DNA from: Candidatus Micrarchaeota archaeon | GTDB lineage: Archaea > Micrarchaeota > Micrarchaeia > Anstonellales > Bilamarchaeaceae | Direction: 5' to 3' | NCBI GenBank assembly: GCA_043821365.1 | Contig: JBDRCX010000003.1 | Coordinates: 32,001 to 96,000, forward strand | Length of the DNA stretch: 64,000 bases | In this document: positions 48,072-57,433 of the stretch, in pieces | Layout of the letters: every line of letters begins with the position of its first letter | Numbering within the stretch: position 1 is the first letter of the stretch | Notes under the pieces: model-generated | Seen by the model: the letters and a program-made list of their open reading frames with translations, nothing else | Databases searched by the model: none | Told to the model about the DNA's origin: nothing | Program-made: the position numbers and the translations under genes

Positions 48072-48985
48072 TCAACAAAGTCAAGCCATTTGAGGTATTT
48101 TTCATCCCTTCCTTTTACTATGTCGAAAAATTTGTTTCTTATTTTACACGTAATTTTTCCAGGGTGTTTTCCATTTCCAAGTGGTCTTCTATCAACATTA
48201 AGCACTGGGGTTATTTCTGCTGCAGTTCCACATAAAAACAATTCATCTGCAGTGTAAAGTTCATCTCTTAAAATTGATCGTTCTTTTACATTGATTCCTA
48301 ATCCTCTTGCAATTTTTATCACTGTGTTTCTTGTTACACCTGCCAGTACACCATCATGAAGTGGTGGGGTCAACAATTCATCATCCCTATAAATGAATAA
48401 ATTCTCACCAGTTCCTTCAGATACATGGCCATCTTGTGAAAGCATAATCGCTTCATCATATCCTGCATTAATTGCATCAACTTTAGCAAGAGCAGAATTC
48501 AGGTAATTTGCACTTGCTTTTACATGTGGGGAAAGTATGTTTGAACTTACTCTTCTCCAACTTGAAATAGTACATCCAATGCCCCTTTCTGCTTTTTTAC
48601 CAAAATATTTTGAAAAATCAACTGGTATTATTGCTAATGAGAATGGCTTATCCAACATATTTATACCAATTGAAGAATAGCCAATATAAGAAATGGGTCG
48701 TATGTAACAATTTTTTACTTTATTTTTCTTTACTAATTCTTTTGTTATTTTGCAAAGATAATCTAGTTTATAATTAATCTTGAATTGGTAGGCCTTTGCC
48801 CCTTTGAAAAATCTCTTATAGTGATCTGTCATTCTAAAAATTGCAGGGCCGTCTGCTGTTTCATAACATCGCATCCCTTCAAATATGGCAGTTCCATAGT
48901 GGAGTCCATGGGTTAAAATGTGAATGTTGGCATCTTTCCAATTTACGAATTTTCCATTCATCCATATTTTGCTGAGTGGTTTCAT
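48068..48985 (-). CDS. ilvE: Branched-chain amino acid aminotransferase
   Basis: GLHYGTAIFEG, YIRP, KASANY, EGTGEN, GVTRNT and GTAAEI. Confidence 0.95.
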   Translation of the reverse strand: MKPLSKIWMNGKFVNWKDANIHILTHGLHYGTAIFEGMRCYETADGPAIFRMTDHYKRFFKGAKAYQFKINYKLDYLCKITKELVKKNKVKNCYIRPISYIGYSSIGINMLDKPFSLAIIPVDFSKYFGKKAERGIGCTISSWRRVSSNILSPHVKASANYLNSALAKVDAINAGYDEAIMLSQDGHVSEGTGENLFIYRDDELLTPPLHDGVLAGVTRNTVIKIARGLGINVKERSILRDELYTADELFLCGTAAEITPVLNVDRRPLGNGKHPGKITCKIRNKFFDIVKGRDEKYLKWLDFVD

Positions 48986-49036
48986 GCATTTGCTAATCTC
49001 TCATTATTTTTAATTATTGTGGATCAATCTTTATTT

Positions 49037-49267
49037 ATGAAACCAATTGTTTACTCTACAACAGAATGTCCATGGTGTGTTAAAGTTAAGGAGTTTTTCA
49101 AAGAAAATAATGTTGAATATGAGGAGAGAAACGCTCAGGAAAATCCTAAATACGCAGAAGAACTATTTCAGAAAAGCGGTGGTTATGCAGTTCCAGTTAC
49201 TGATGTTGGTGGAACAATAATAATTGGGTTTAATGTAAACAAATTGAAAGAAGCACTAAAACTTTAA
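49037..49267 (+). CDS. Glutaredoxin/NrdH-like protein
   Basis: YSTTECPWC, AVPV and IIGFN. Confidence 0.88.
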   Translation: MKPIVYSTTECPWCVKVKEFFKENNVEYEERNAQENPKYAEELFQKSGGYAVPVTDVGGTIIIGFNVNKLKEALKL

Positions 49268-51009
49268 CGATCATAATAGAAGTATTCTCCAGCTGCTCTT
49301 TGTTCACTATCAAGTTGGCTGTTTGGTTTGTTTATTCTTGGTCTTCCACTATCTTTGTCTCTTCTCATTGTTATTCCAGTAACTTTCAGGAAACTATTCA
49401 TCCCATCTTTTTTGCTGAATGGTTTTGATGCATGGCCATTTATTGAGCTTTTACCATCAAACACAATCAATCTATTTGCAATTGCATCAACAAAAACTAT
49501 GTCGTGGTCAACAACAAATGCACTTTTTTCATTTTCACTAATTACTTTTCTAAGTAATCCTGCAAATTCAAACCGTTGTTCAATATCCAAGAATGCACTT
49601 GGCTCGTCAAAAAGATAAATATCTGCTTTCTGACTTAATGCAAGTGAAAGTGCGACTCTTTGGAGTTCTCCACCGGATAGTTCTGTTAGTTTTTTCTCAA
49701 ACAACATCCCAACGTTTAATCTTCTCTTACAGTCCTCCAAAACTGATAGATCAAGGCTTTTTCCTACAAATAATTCATTAACATAAATATCTTCTGCTGT
49801 TATGTACTGAGGTTTATACGAAACTTTAAGTGAAATTTTTTCTCCTTTATCTGCTTTTTCAAGTCCAACTAACATTTTTACAAAAAGTGATTTTCCAAGT
49901 GCATTTTTTCCAACCAGTCCCAATATCTCTCCTTTTCTAATTTCTCCAGACTCACTTGAAAAGTCAAAACCAGTGAACTTTTTCTTTAAACCTTCGTATT
50001 TGAGTAATGTCGGGGTTCTTACTTCACCTTCACTATGTCTACTAAACTCAATTTCATGATTTCTAAATCTAACATTTTCATCTTTCAAATATCCTGCAAT
50101 ATATTCGTTTATGCCAGTTCTTACATTTTTAACTCCTGAAACAACACCGTAAACATTTTCATCCCCATAAATCACATAAACATAACTACTAACATAATCA
50201 AGAATAGTCAGGTCATGTTCAGCCATCATAACTCTTTTTTTCTCTGATAACTCTTTGATGATAACTCCGACTCTTAATCTCTCCTCAATATCCAGAAAAT
50301 TAGTTACTTCATCAAAATAATAAACATCTGCATCCTTCATACATGCAACTGCAATTGATACTTTCTGTAATTCTCCCCCTGAAAGTTGCCCAATTTCTCT
50401 GTTCAAAATATCATGTATTTTGAATTTTTCAACAATTTTATCTATCTCTTTTTTATTTACTGTCCCTAATAATTCCAATACTGTTCCTTTGAAGGCACCT
50501 CTTACTCTGTCAATATGCTGTGGTTTTACACTAACCTTAATCTTATCTTTTGTTGTTATGAAATATCTTCTCATTTCTAATGATAGTTTTTCTAGTATTT
50601 CTCCTTCAATAAATTCTTTATCAAACACTGCAAAATTCGGTGAGATTTGCCTGGTCAAAAGTTTTATCGCACTTGTTTTTCCAATACCATTCTTTCCTAT
50701 TATTGAAACTGCTCCACCAAGTGGTAGCGGTAAACCATAGAGTCTGAATGTGTTTATCCCATACTGGTATATTGGTTCTGAAAGCTCCTGTGCAAGGTTT
50801 ACAATTGCAATGCAGTCTACAGGGCATTTTTTTACACAAAGACCACATCCAATACATATGGATTCAGCTATTGTTGGGAAGTCTGTTTCTTTTTCTACTA
50901 CTATACATTCATCCCCCATTCTATTAGGGGGGCATACCTTCGTGCATACGTAGCCACATTTCTTCCTTGTGCATATGTCTCTGTCTATTACTGCTACTCT
51001 AGTTACCAT
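49264..51009 (-). CDS. rli: Ribosome recycling factor ABCE1/Rli1
   Basis: Eight-Cys 2x[4Fe-4S] domain, two NBDs (GKNGIGKT, GKNALGKS, LSGGELQ twice), C-terminal GRPRINKPNS; SD GAGGAG before ATG 51009. Confidence 0.96.
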   Translation of the reverse strand: MVTRVAVIDRDICTRKKCGYVCTKVCPPNRMGDECIVVEKETDFPTIAESICIGCGLCVKKCPVDCIAIVNLAQELSEPIYQYGINTFRLYGLPLPLGGAVSIIGKNGIGKTSAIKLLTRQISPNFAVFDKEFIEGEILEKLSLEMRRYFITTKDKIKVSVKPQHIDRVRGAFKGTVLELLGTVNKKEIDKIVEKFKIHDILNREIGQLSGGELQKVSIAVACMKDADVYYFDEVTNFLDIEERLRVGVIIKELSEKKRVMMAEHDLTILDYVSSYVYVIYGDENVYGVVSGVKNVRTGINEYIAGYLKDENVRFRNHEIEFSRHSEGEVRTPTLLKYEGLKKKFTGFDFSSESGEIRKGEILGLVGKNALGKSLFVKMLVGLEKADKGEKISLKVSYKPQYITAEDIYVNELFVGKSLDLSVLEDCKRRLNVGMLFEKKLTELSGGELQRVALSLALSQKADIYLFDEPSAFLDIEQRFEFAGLLRKVISENEKSAFVVDHDIVFVDAIANRLIVFDGKSSINGHASKPFSKKDGMNSFLKVTGITMRRDKDSGRPRINKPNSQLDSEQRAAGEYFYYDR

Positions 51010-51201
51010 AATGCTCCTCATATATTTTCTGTATACTTATATTTTCCATCACTTTTCTTATCAACACACAGACTCATACTAACACTGTGTGGGTCCAAGA
51101 ATGTATTTTAGATCATATTTATGTTATTACTTTTATGGCTAGAAATTATAAAGTTTCTTTGCTTAGAATAATTAGCGGAATATATGTATTTGGGTGAATT
51201 T

Positions 51202-51438
51202 ATGTCTAAATCCGTAATAGTTTATGTGGCAGATTGGTGCCCCTGGTGCCATAGGGTTACTGATTTTCTTAAAAAACACAAAATAAAATTCAAGGAATGC
51301 GACGTGGATGATGAAAAATATGCAGAAGAATGCATGAAAAAAAGCGGTCAAACAAGCATTCCAGTAATTGATATTGATGGTAAAATTCTTGTTGGGTTTG
51401 ATGAATCAAAAATAAAGGAATTTCTAAAACTCAAATAA
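51202..51438 (+). CDS. Glutaredoxin/NrdH-like protein
   Basis: YVADWCPWC, SIPV and LVGFD. Confidence 0.88.
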   Translation: MSKSVIVYVADWCPWCHRVTDFLKKHKIKFKECDVDDEKYAEECMKKSGQTSIPVIDIDGKILVGFDESKIKEFLKLK

Positions 51439-52629
51439 TTAGTATTTCTTTGATTTTTTGTGCTGATGGCTAGGTTTTCTAGTGTAAGTTCTTCTTCTTG
51501 TGGTTGGCACATCTGAACTTCTTTTGTATGGGTCATGTCCCTGTCTCATCCATGCAAAATCAGGATGGCTCTCATCCATTCTTTCATCTAATGTTTGTTT
51601 TCTTTTTACAAAATTAATTGCTTTGCCTTCCTGTCCCATCCTTCCAGTTCTACCTATTCTGTGTAGGTGAACTTCTTCATTTTGTGCTTTATCATAATTA
51701 ACAATCAATCCAAGATTGTCAATATGCAGTCCACGTGCAGCAACATTTGTGGCAACCAAAACATCTATTCTACCTTCTTTGAAGTCCTGTATTGTTTTGT
51801 TTCTCCTTGATTGGGACATATCTCCTTGCAATGCTCCTGATTTTATTCCCCTTCTCCAAAGTCTTTCCTGGAGTTTCGCAGTGCCCATTTTCGTTTCTCT
51901 AAAAATCAGTGTTTTCACTCCCTTATGTGAGCTTAATATGTCAATTAGTTTTGAGAACTTATCAATATCAGTTATCTCAACATGTTCTTCCTTTATTGTG
52001 TCTGCAGCTTTTATCTCGCCAATCTCTATGATTTTTGGTTTTTTGACATATTTTGCTGCGATACGCATAATGCTATCATCTAATGTTGCTGATAATAGCA
52101 TACTAAGTCTTTGTTGAGGTAATTGATCCAGAATTTCAGTAACTTCGTCTAAAAATCCCATATCAAGCATTTGGTCTGCTTCATCAAGAACAATAATATC
52201 AAATTCATTTATTCTAACTACCCCGCGTCTGTTCAAATCTAAAAGTCTTCCTGGTGTTGCTATTAATATGTCTGTTCCTGTTCTTAACTGCCTAATCTGT
52301 GTTTCTATGCTTTGTCCACCATAAACAACATGTATGTGTATTTTGTGTGTTTGCCCTATACTTTGCAGTTCTTTGCATACCTGCACTGCAAGTTCTCGGG
52401 TTGGTGTAAGTATCAATGCTTTTTTTGATTGTTTACTATCTATCCTTTCAATTATTCCAATTCCAAATGCAGCTGTTTTCCCAGTTCCAGTCTGACTTCT
52501 TACCACAAGATTATGTCCTGCAATTATTTCTGGTATTGCTTTTTGTTGCACTTCTGTTGGTTCTTTGTAATCTATTTTATCTAATGCTAATAAGGTTTTT
52601 TCACTCAAACCTAGAATTCTAAAGTCCAT
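51439..52629 (-). CDS. DEAD-box RNA helicase
   Basis: Q motif, GTGKT, PTRELA, TPGR, DEAD, SAT, ARGL and HRIGRTGR. Confidence 0.95.
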   Translation of the reverse strand: MDFRILGLSEKTLLALDKIDYKEPTEVQQKAIPEIIAGHNLVVRSQTGTGKTAAFGIGIIERIDSKQSKKALILTPTRELAVQVCKELQSIGQTHKIHIHVVYGGQSIETQIRQLRTGTDILIATPGRLLDLNRRGVVRINEFDIIVLDEADQMLDMGFLDEVTEILDQLPQQRLSMLLSATLDDSIMRIAAKYVKKPKIIEIGEIKAADTIKEEHVEITDIDKFSKLIDILSSHKGVKTLIFRETKMGTAKLQERLWRRGIKSGALQGDMSQSRRNKTIQDFKEGRIDVLVATNVAARGLHIDNLGLIVNYDKAQNEEVHLHRIGRTGRMGQEGKAINFVKRKQTLDERMDESHPDFAWMRQGHDPYKRSSDVPTTRRRTYTRKPSHQHKKSKKY

Positions 52630-52790
52630 CTTTTTATCTCCTTGATTTTTCTTTTGCCAGTTTTCTTATCCAAACCCTGGTTGTTCCACAAATAGGATAC
52701 TCTTTATCAATATTTGATATTGATTTTATCTTTGGAAGTTTTTTTAACTTCTTCTTTTTCATACTAATAAAAATAAATAAAGAAATAAAA

Positions 52791-52988
52791 TCATTGTGGT
52801 AGGGCTGGTGGACCACTATTTGATGTTATTTCCTGTTCTTCACCAGGTAGTGGGGGTGGAAGATCACTATCATACGGAGCCACACTTATTGTATTGTTAG
52901 TTGCGTTCCTCTTCTGCACATCCCATTCTGGTAAAATACATCCAAAAAATAAAAATAAAAAAATTAAACCTGCTATAATTAATTTCAT
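52791..52988 (-). CDS. Small lipoprotein with Pro-rich tail
   Basis: LFFGC lipobox-like; LPPPLP and GPPALPQ. Confidence 0.55.
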   Translation of the reverse strand: MKLIIAGLIFLFLFFGCILPEWDVQKRNATNNTISVAPYDSDLPPPLPGEEQEITSNSGPPALPQ

Positions 52989-52997
52989 AGACACACC

Positions 52998-55106
52998 TTA
53001 GCTTGGTAATGAAGGTGGCATTGATGATGCACCTAGTGTACACGCATCTGCTACCTTAACAAAGTATCCTTCGCCAGGTCTTATAGCTGTTGCTTTTTCC
53101 CATTGCCATGCTGTGGTATTGAATTTCCATGGGCCACTTACCACATTACAATCGCCTACAAAATCACTCCAGCTAGTGGATGTATAGGCTCCACCAAACC
53201 CAACCCAACCTGCGGATACTGCCCATCCATTTGTGTATTCCATTTTAGATGAACCAGTAAATGTTATTTTGCATGGTTCTGTTGTTTTTACCCACATTGC
53301 ATTTGGCACTGGAACAACATCACCAACATCAACTCCATATCCGCTTGTTACGTATGACCTGTAAGCTTGGTCATGTACATACACTTGAGATATGTCACAA
53401 GTTGTAGCAGTAACAACAGCTTCAGACCTTGAACTGCTACTTCCCATCACTGGCGATGATATCAGGTTCCATCCTGTTTGCAATGTAATCGAGTATGTAT
53501 AATTATATTCTTCTGGTAAGGTTGGTATCCCAGCATCTTCATCTTGGTATGGTGTGCTTAATGAACTTGCACATGATGCTTCACCATTGCTTTCCATGAT
53601 AGTTGTACTATCTAAGAAATTTATCTGGCATAATGCATTAGTGTTGCCAAAATGTTTGTATGGTGGTGAACTAAAAGTCCAGCTTGTTGCGGCATTGGCA
53701 TTTGTTTGATATTTAAATCCAACAAAATCAACTATTTCACCATATTCAACAGTGAATGAAGCCCCATTGTCTTCAGTTGCTTGTTTTGTTTCTAGCAGTG
53801 TACCTTTGTATTGTCCATTGACAACTGCAACTGAGTACATATTCACCCAACCATCAATATTTGTGGTTAATGAATAATCTTCACTATCTGGGTAGTTGTT
53901 TACAGCAACCTCAAATGTTACTGGTAATGTATCTATTTGCCAATTTGGAGTCATTCCATCAGCTATACAAGCCCCATTAGAACATCCATAACCTGATGGA
54001 CAAGTTTCATAACTCACATCCCATTGATCACCATTACAAGTTATTTCAGCTACAGTGCTCAAATCTTTACAATAATCGCTTGCAGAAGCAAACAAAGTGC
54101 CGTTACTGTAATAGATATAATTTGTTCCTGCATTGTATCTATCTTTTCCTTGATCTGTCTCTTTACAATATTTGGATATTGTTTCTGTTTCTTCTATACA
54201 TGCACCATCTGAACATTCATATCCAGAAGGACACAATACAGTTGTTGTATATCCAACATCTCCACTGCACCATGTTTCTATTAGGTAGTCTCCGCTACAA
54301 TAATCAGTTGCGGTTACTCCATTTACAGTGCGTGTACCTTTTGTATAGATATTGTATGCACCATTTGTTTCATCGGTGCTTGTACAATCATATTCCGAAT
54401 CTTCTCCACTATTTTCTTCTTCAATATCTACATTATACAAAATTTCTACACAATCAGAATCCAGACTATATAGTGTAATTGTGATATTGACATCGTTACC
54501 AGTGTAGATATGAGTTGTTCCATCTATGTTCAAAGTAGGATCCCAAACTGAAGGTGAGAAACTTAATTCTGCCTTGTCGATTGGTGTGGCTGGTTTAATT
54601 ATGTTGTCCAAAGTTACTGTATACCCATTGTCAGTTAAACTTTCATCAATGCATAATTCTTTTCCACCATGTGTTGGTCCATTATTTTCACTATCATATA
54701 ATTTGTAGAGTATCAATAATGGTGTTGAGCTGTAAGAACATTCACTTGTAGAAACTTTACAAAGTGCGTAGATACTGCCATTTTTACTAATGGTGAAAGT
54801 AGGTACGCCCTTCCCTTCAAGCTCCTGTAGGAAACCATATTTTCCACCGAGTGCACCTGTTGCTGCAGTGGTTATATAGAACGATTCATCTAGTTCTGGG
54901 TATACTATTGCTCCTGCAGTAGTGGTTGTATCAGAATCTAGAATAACACCTGTTGATGGGTCTTTCATATAAACATCAACATTTGAAACAGAAGGGGTGC
55001 CATACCCTGCTGGTCCATTGTTGACTGCAATAACAGTCAAAGGTGCTGTTTCAGCAAATGCCAATCCTAAAATCAGCATCATGATCATCAAATTCATTAT
55101 TTTCAT
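52998..55106 (-). CDS. Secreted Cys-repeat surface protein
   Basis: Signal peptide; two modules C-x-x-TD-x-G...DYC...E-x-x-C...CPSGY-x-C-x-x-GAC; C-terminal GWNLISSP domain. Confidence 0.75.
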   Translation of the reverse strand: MKIMNLMIMMLILGLAFAETAPLTVIAVNNGPAGYGTPSVSNVDVYMKDPSTGVILDSDTTTTAGAIVYPELDESFYITTAATGALGGKYGFLQELEGKGVPTFTISKNGSIYALCKVSTSECSYSSTPLLILYKLYDSENNGPTHGGKELCIDESLTDNGYTVTLDNIIKPATPIDKAELSFSPSVWDPTLNIDGTTHIYTGNDVNITITLYSLDSDCVEILYNVDIEEENSGEDSEYDCTSTDETNGAYNIYTKGTRTVNGVTATDYCSGDYLIETWCSGDVGYTTTVLCPSGYECSDGACIEETETISKYCKETDQGKDRYNAGTNYIYYSNGTLFASASDYCKDLSTVAEITCNGDQWDVSYETCPSGYGCSNGACIADGMTPNWQIDTLPVTFEVAVNNYPDSEDYSLTTNIDGWVNMYSVAVVNGQYKGTLLETKQATEDNGASFTVEYGEIVDFVGFKYQTNANAATSWTFSSPPYKHFGNTNALCQINFLDSTTIMESNGEASCASSLSTPYQDEDAGIPTLPEEYNYTYSITLQTGWNLISSPVMGSSSSRSEAVVTATTCDISQVYVHDQAYRSYVTSGYGVDVGDVVPVPNAMWVKTTEPCKITFTGSSKMEYTNGWAVSAGWVGFGGAYTSTSWSDFVGDCNVVSGPWKFNTTAWQWEKATAIRPGEGYFVKVADACTLGASSMPPSLPS

Positions 55107-55153
55107 TTTTTCACCAGCAATATTCCTGTTTTCTTTCTTTAAAAATAAACTGT

Positions 55154-55179
55154 TCGAAAGCTTTAGCTAAACCTTTCGA
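55154..55179. promoter_or_regulatory. 26-bp palindrome between divergent genes
   Basis: TCGAAAGCTTTAG|CTAAACCTTTCGA with one mismatch, just upstream of TTTAAAA. Confidence 0.5.
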
Positions 55180-55213
55180 TAGTATTTAAAATATCCTTTT
55201 CTATTCGTAACAC

Positions 55214-55909
55214 ATGCGCTTATTAGTGCTTTTTATGCTGTGTCTTACTTTACTACATTCTACCACTATTTCTGGTAAAATCTATGATGCAGATAACATG
55301 AAACCGCTTAATAATACCATAATTACAGTTGAAAATTCTGATAATAATGTTGTGTTACAACAGGTTTGCGATAGTCCCTATAATGTAGAAATTGAAACTG
55401 GGAATTACACTTTCAGAGCATACTATTTTGATAATGGTTCCTTGAAGTATTATTCAGATTACAACATCCAAGTGAATCAGAATAATATGCAACTTGACCT
55501 CATACTTATGCCATATGAACTTCTATCTTTATCTCCTGGTTTTAATCCACCACCAGCAGTTAATCCTTCAAATACTGTGAACAATTCAAATCCAAACGAT
55601 CAAACTATTGTTGATTATTCTCTCTACATCATTGTTCTTGCTATTGTTATTGTATTTACATTGGCATGGTTCTTCTTACGTAAAACTCCAGTTACTTCTC
55701 TTGAACCAGAATTAGATGATGATTGTATTAAAGTTTTGAAAATACTTGGAGAAAATGAGGGTAGAATGGTGCAAAAAGAACTTAGAGAGATACTTAAGTT
55801 TTCAGAGACCAAAATGAGCATTATAATAACTGAATTAGAAGTATCCGGATATATCAAGAAAATTAAAAAAGGTAGAGGCAATGTTCTTAAGCTGGTGAAA
55901 CAATGCTAA
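55214..55909 (+). CDS. Membrane-anchored regulator: extracellular beta domain, TM, cytoplasmic wHTH
   Basis: Signal peptide, ISGKIYD..., TM near residues 138-155, then VLKILGENEGRMVQKELRE...SETKMS...LE..GYIKKIKKGRGN. Confidence 0.75.
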   Translation: MRLLVLFMLCLTLLHSTTISGKIYDADNMKPLNNTIITVENSDNNVVLQQVCDSPYNVEIETGNYTFRAYYFDNGSLKYYSDYNIQVNQNNMQLDLILMPYELLSLSPGFNPPPAVNPSNTVNNSNPNDQTIVDYSLYIIVLAIVIVFTLAWFFLRKTPVTSLEPELDDDCIKVLKILGENEGRMVQKELREILKFSETKMSIIITELEVSGYIKKIKKGRGNVLKLVKQC

Positions 55910-56511
55910 AACAAAATAAGAAACTAAAAACAACCCAAAGTTCATTTGGTAGTTTTTTTGCTAGGTTTCCATTATCACCAAACCAATGGACATTATTATC
56001 CCTAATCATTGCGTTGATAGCTGGTTTTGCAATTGCCTTTCTACATGATCTTATTGCCGGTCTTATGCTCTTTGTTTTGGCTGCGGGGGTTGATGCAATT
56101 GATGGTGCAGTTGCACGTGCCAAAAAACAAGTTAGTAAAATTGGTGGTTTTTTAGATGGCGTAATAGACAGATTTGTTGAAGCAATTTTTCTTTTTTCAT
56201 TTATGTTCTATCAACTACCAACTATCTATGTGGATACAAAAATTTGGCTTTCTGCTGTTATTTTTCTTGGTGCATGTATGCCATCATTTATTCGGGCATA
56301 TGCTGATCATAAAGGAGTTTTGTCAACAGAGAAGGCATTGAAATTAGGAGGAATTTGTGAAAGAATCGAACGTTTGATGATCTTAATTATCGGGCTTGTT
56401 GTTGGTATCTTTTACAATATGGATTTCTTTATCTATTCACTTATCCTAGTTGTTGCTCTGTCGCTAATAACAATCATCCAACGAATTGTTAGTGTTGTTA
56501 ACCAAAAGTAA
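55903..56511 (+). CDS. CDP-alcohol phosphatidyltransferase (archaetidyl-inositol-phosphate synthase-like)
   Basis: SPNQWT and DAIDGAVAR...GGFLDGVIDR signature. Confidence 0.92.
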   Translation: MLKQNKKLKTTQSSFGSFFARFPLSPNQWTLLSLIIALIAGFAIAFLHDLIAGLMLFVLAAGVDAIDGAVARAKKQVSKIGGFLDGVIDRFVEAIFLFSFMFYQLPTIYVDTKIWLSAVIFLGACMPSFIRAYADHKGVLSTEKALKLGGICERIERLMILIIGLVVGIFYNMDFFIYSLILVVALSLITIIQRIVSVVNQK

Positions 56512-57382
56512 ATGCATAAACTCTTACTTTTTTATTGAAAATTAGTTCCAGTTCCCTCTCTGCATATTTTTTATTTTTGAAAATATTATACATATTTGCT
56601 GTGTCATTTTTTATTTTCTTAATTCTCTTCTTATTTACAAATATGTCTAAGGTGGCTTTCTTTTCTAGTGGAACAACTACGATGTTGACTTCTCTTGCAT
56701 TAAATACATAACTAATTTTTCCTGGTGTTTTTTCAAGTTCTAAGTAATCTTTTTCCTGTATCCATTGTCCATGTGGGTATATTACCCCAGGTTCTTTTTC
56801 AGATGGTTCAATATATATGTTACATCCATCCTCTCCACAAACCAACCCAGATCCAAGACCAGTATTTCTTTCATATCCTACATATGTTTCAGGGGTTTGA
56901 TCAAACATATATCCTGCATATTTTTCTTTTTTTATTTTTGTTTTGATTCCCAGTGCTTCTTGGATTCGTTGCTCTATTTTTTCATAATCTCCTTCGCCAA
57001 AATGCACATAATCAACATAACCCTCTTTAGTTATCAAAAATTTAGCTGGCCAATAATGATTGTCAAATGAATTCCACGTTTCTCTATCATTATCGAGAGC
57101 AATTGGGTATTTTATCTTAAGAGCATCAACCTGAGCTTGGACATTTTTTACTTCTTTTTCAAAATCAAATTCTGGTGTATGAACACCTATTATTTCAAGA
57201 CCTTTTTTTGAATACTTTTTGTGCCATTCTTTAAGGTATGGTAAAGTCCTCAAACAATTGATGCAAGTGTAGGTCCAAAAATCAACTAAAACTACCTTTC
57301 CCTTAAGATCACTTATCCTGAGAGCTTTAGAATTGAGCCATGTTTTAATTCCCTTTATTTCTGGTGCCCTTACTTCAAACAT
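56498..57382 (-). CDS. Thioredoxin-like redoxin, DipZ C-terminal type
   Basis: LVDFWTYTCINC, GVHTPEF, NHYWPA, HFGEGDY and YAFTFG. Confidence 0.88.
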   Translation of the reverse strand: MFEVRAPEIKGIKTWLNSKALRISDLKGKVVLVDFWTYTCINCLRTLPYLKEWHKKYSKKGLEIIGVHTPEFDFEKEVKNVQAQVDALKIKYPIALDNDRETWNSFDNHYWPAKFLITKEGYVDYVHFGEGDYEKIEQRIQEALGIKTKIKKEKYAGYMFDQTPETYVGYERNTGLGSGLVCGEDGCNIYIEPSEKEPGVIYPHGQWIQEKDYLELEKTPGKISYVFNAREVNIVVVPLEKKATLDIFVNKKRIKKIKNDTANMYNIFKNKKYAERELELIFNKKVRVYAFTFG

Positions 57383-57433
57383 AATCTATCTTCCATTCCA
57401 AAGGTTTAAAGCATTTTTCTGGGTTTCCAATTT

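Noticed and set aside
51065-51091. CACACAG/CTGTGTG inverted repeat upstream of ABCE1
   Set aside because: A single 7-bp stem with a 13-nt loop is within chance expectation, with no other support.
52634-52816. 60-aa Lys-rich minus-strand ORF
   Set aside because: It overlaps the lipoprotein gene, derives from an A/T-run intergenic stretch and has no recognisable family; cannot be supported.
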